A DNA stretch of 64,000 bases, from contig NIVC01001749.1 in the NCBI GenBank assembly GCA_002269645.1, forward strand, positions 12,968 through 76,967, in the 5' to 3' direction. Both the position numbers and the translations under genes were made by a program. Positions 61,001-64,000 of this stretch are shown one piece after another; the stretch's first letter is position 1, and each line of letters begins with the position of its first letter. The notes beneath the pieces are model-generated. The model was not told where the DNA came from. It saw only the letters and a list, made by a program, of their open reading frames with translations, and searched no databases. Source of the DNA: Macrostomum lignano (Eukaryota).

Positions 61001-63880
61001 TGCTGAATGGAACAGGAGGTGTAGCAAAGGAGAAGAGGTCAGCTTGAGGACACGGGGAGAGGGGTGGCTGGGCCAAACTTGCACAAGAGAAGATTCTGTA
61101 GGACTTCGGATTGGAGGAGCCAGAGAGGCTCTCAGTGATTGCCTTTGGCCCATACTCTGCTTTGGCGTGCCGCGTACAGACGGACCTCGGCAGGTCCAGC
61201 GCTTCCTTTAGCGCAGCTTTTTAGAGCGTGCGTGCACTTTGCACTGATCCATCGATTGGAATTAATCGAATCTGACAGATGCTCAAGGAGCGAGAGTGTT
61301 AATAAGAGGAGCGAGGGCAGTAAGTGAGATTCTGATGAAGTAGGAATGGAGTCTGCAACTGGTCAAAGGGGATTAGAATGTGATTTGGGAGAGGGGGGCA
61401 GAGAAAGGATGAGAGGGAGAGGTGGGAGAATAGGGGAGAGATGAGAGGGAGAGGTGGAGAATAGGGGAGAGATGAGAGGGAGAGGTGGAGAATAGGGAGA
61501 GATGAGAGGGAGAGGTGGAGAATAGGGGAGAGATGAGAGGTGGAGAATAGGGGAGAGATGAGAGGGACAGATTGGAGAATAGGGGACAGATGAGAGGGAG
61601 AGGTGGGAGAATAGGGGACAGATGAGAGGGACAGATGGGAAATAGGGGAGAGATGAGAGGGACAGATGGGAGAATAGGGGAGAGATGAGAGGGACAGATG
61701 GGAGAATAGGGGAGAGATGAGAGGGACAGATGGGAGAATAGGGGAGAGATGAGAGGTGGGAGAATAGGGGAGAGATGAGAGGTGGGAGAATAGGGGAGAG
61801 ATGAGAGGGAGATGTGGGAGAATAGGGGAGATATGAGAGGGAGAGGTGGGAGAATAGGGGAGAGATGAGAGGGAGAGGTGGGAGAATAGGGGAGAGATGA
61901 GAGGTGGGAGAATAGGGGAGAGATGAGAGGGAGAGGTGGGAGAATAGGGGAGAGATGAGAGGTGGGAGAATAGAGAAGAGATGAGAGGGAGATGTGGGAG
62001 AATAGGGGAGAGATGAGAGGGAGATGTGGGAGAATAGGGGAGAGATGAGAGGTGGGAGAATAGGGGAGAGATGAGAGGTGGGAGAATAGGGGAGAGATGA
62101 GAGGGAGATGTGGGAGAATAGGGGAGATATGAGAGGGAGAGGTGGGAGAATAGGGGAGAGATGAGAGGGAGAGGTGGGAGAATAGGGGAGAGATGAGAGG
62201 GAGAGGTGGGAGAATAGGGGAGAGATGAGAGGGAGAGGTGGGAGAATAGGGAAGAGATGAGAGGGAGATGTGGGATAATAGGGAGAGATGAGAGTTGGGA
62301 GAATAGGGGAGAGATGAGAGGTGGGAGAATAGGGGAGAGATGAGAGGGAGAGGTGGGAGAATAGGGGAGAGATGAGAGGTGGGAGAATAGGGAAGAGATG
62401 AGAGGGAGATGTGGGAGAATAGGGGAGAGATGAGAGGGAGATGTGGGAGAATAGGGGAGAGATGAGAGGTGGGAGAATAGGGGAGAGATGAGAGGTGGGA
62501 GAATAGGGGAGAGATGAGAGGTGGGAGAATAGGGGAGAGATGAGAGGTGGGAGAATAGGGGAGAGATGAGAGGTGGGAGAATAGGGGAGAGATGAGAGGT
62601 GGGAGAATAGGGGAGAGATGAGAGGTGGGAGAATAGGGGAGAGATGAGAGGTGGGAGAATAGGGGAGAGATGAGAGTTGGGAGAATAGGGGAGAGATGAG
62701 AGGTGGGAGAATAGGGGAGAGATGAGAGTTGGGAGAATAGGGGAGAGATGAGAGGTGGGAGAACAGGGGAGAGATGAGAGGTGGGAGAACAGGGGAGAGA
62801 TGAGAGTTGGGAGAATAGGGGAGAGATGAGAGGTGGGAGAATAGGGGAGAGATGAGAGGTGGGAGAATAGGACGTTGGACAAAAGCGGTTAAATTCGGTT
62901 TCCCACCAGATCTGCCGCTGGGGCCGCTGCAGTAAAATTTCTTTCAGTTTCTATCGAAGGAAATGGAGCCCAAACCTCCCACAGCCTTCGAATGTCGTAG
63001 TTTATTTTCCAGAATTTTTTCTGATTTTATCGAATATGGCTAGCGATGGGGAAAATGTCGAAAATGTCACACCGGGATGGCGGCTGGGACCTTGATAGTT
63101 TATTTTCGTTCTAACCTGTACGACTTGGCTTGTGTGGAAAATCAAAATTGCATTGGGATCTGGGCTAATCTCTTGCGCGAAATGAATGGAATGTTGGACA
63201 ATATATGCCAGGGATAAAGATTGGAGACGCTATGTGGCTTCAGTTAGTAAAGTTTTATAACGGTTTAATCTTCATCTAGATAAAACGTTAGATTGCTATA
63301 GTTGTTGAAAATAAAAAAACTGATTGCTGTTGAAATTTAGGAGAGTGAGGGTGGACACAATACATGAGAGTGGAGGATAGAGAGGTAGAGACGGAGAGAG
63401 AAGTGTTCGGAGGATTCGTTAGGGGCAGAGAGAGGTAGAGGGTAAGGATTTAGAGAGGGGGTGGAGGGTAAAGAGGGGATGGAGAATAGAGAAAGAATGG
63501 AGGGTAGAGAGGGATGGAGAGTAGAGAGGGGATGGAGGGTAGAGAGGGGATGGAGGTAGAGAGGGAATGGAGGGTAAAGAGGGGATGGAGGGTAGAGAGG
63601 AGATGGAGGATAGAGAAAGAATGGAGGGAGAGAGAGGATGGAGAGTAGAGAGGGATGGAGGGTAGAGAGGGGATGGAGGGTAGAGAGGGGATGGAGGGTA
63701 GAGAGGGGATGGAGGGTAGAGAGGGGATGGAGGGTAGAGAGGGGATGGAGTGTAGAGATCCACTTACTGGGTCCTTGAGAATCGCAGCAGCTTGCTGGAA
63801 GAAAGTTATCGTTGCCATGGAAACAGGATGGCGTGCAGGTGCCTGGCCGGCCGCTGTCCGGACTGAGAGGAGTCGGACAG
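55025..63880 (-). CDS. Dbl-homology (DH) RhoGEF without a recognisable PH domain; C-terminal PDZ-binding-like motif TDV; 5' part uncertain and probably extends beyond the window
   Basis: Confident exons: 60287-60389, 59772-59901 (KRRRICQEIVETERRYCSDL), 56316-57053 (LIFPKCLPRLYDLH...LTAFLLTPVQRLPRYQLLMRQL), 55753-56193, 55025-55124 (…GDPCTDV*). Candidate upstream exons 60748-60878, 61156-61271 and 63750-63880 have one unresolved phase mismatch. Confidence 0.8.
55535..55598 (-). mobile_element. tRNA-derived SINE head
   Basis: Minus strand TAGCTCAGCG A box (55581-55590) and GGTTCGATTCC B box (55549-55559). Confidence 0.5.
58075..59482. repeat. Intronic minisatellite, 23-bp unit (GAGAGAAACACACAGAGAGAGGT)
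   Basis: About 60 copies. Confidence 0.97.
60005..60250. repeat. Intronic minisatellite, 34-bp unit (GTCAATACAGTGTGACATTGTGAGATCAGTTTCA)
   Basis: About 7 copies. Confidence 0.9.
60425..60725. repeat. Intronic minisatellite, 20-bp unit (AATCTGAGTAGACTATACTC)
   Basis: About 15 copies. Confidence 0.96.
61400..62870. repeat. Purine-rich minisatellite, 26/31-bp unit (GGGAGAATAGGGGAGAGATGAGAGGT)
   Basis: About 50 copies; source of the 527-aa SHLSPILP pseudo-ORF. Confidence 0.97.
63365..63755. repeat. Purine-rich minisatellite, 19-bp unit (GGATGGAGGGTAGAGAGGG)
   Basis: About 18 copies, degenerate toward the left end. Confidence 0.92.
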
Positions 63881-64000
63881 CTGTAGGGATTTGAGAGCAG
63901 CGGTGTCTGGCAGCGGCGCTGGTGATGAGGGAAAATTGATATTAGGAGAATGAATAGAAGGTGAGATGAAATGTAAATATGAACTGTTTGAACTTTTAAC

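Noticed and set aside
15858-63755. Universal rule that array C-rich strands are RNA-sense
   Set aside because: True for many arrays, but 17750-18290 and 29215-30130 are clear counter-examples.

Overview
Eukaryotic (animal) genomic DNA with GC-rich, poly-Q-containing exons and introns packed with minisatellites. The style suggests a free-living flatworm such as Macrostomum; this is inference and was not verified. I could trace five multi-exon protein genes by hand via GT-AG junctions and reading phase: a RAPGEF1/C3G-like Rap1 GEF (-, 4160-22963), a BTB-BACK-PHR protein (+, 27046-30799), CDK11/PITSLRE kinase (+, ~32885-35955), eIF4G (-, 38111-~50082) and a DH-domain RhoGEF with no visible PH domain (-, 55025 to probably beyond the window end). 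Features the ORF track does not show: three box C/D snoRNA candidates in eIF4G introns (one a clear snR38/SNORD1 homologue; two tandem paralogues sharing a 28S-directed guide); a small Cys/His-rich metallothionein-like ORF; a SINE-like element carrying a 28S rRNA-like segment at the R2 target site; a possible tiny spliced gene just downstream of the eIF4G polyA signal (operon-like spacing); a 463-bp near-identical duplication in two eIF4G introns; one 28-bp minisatellite family at three loci; tRNA-derived SINE heads; and a LINE remnant. About 30 tandem arrays account for most long ORFs in the track. No CRISPR array, intact tRNA or rRNA gene was found. All reference sequences used for comparison were recalled from memory; no database search was run.
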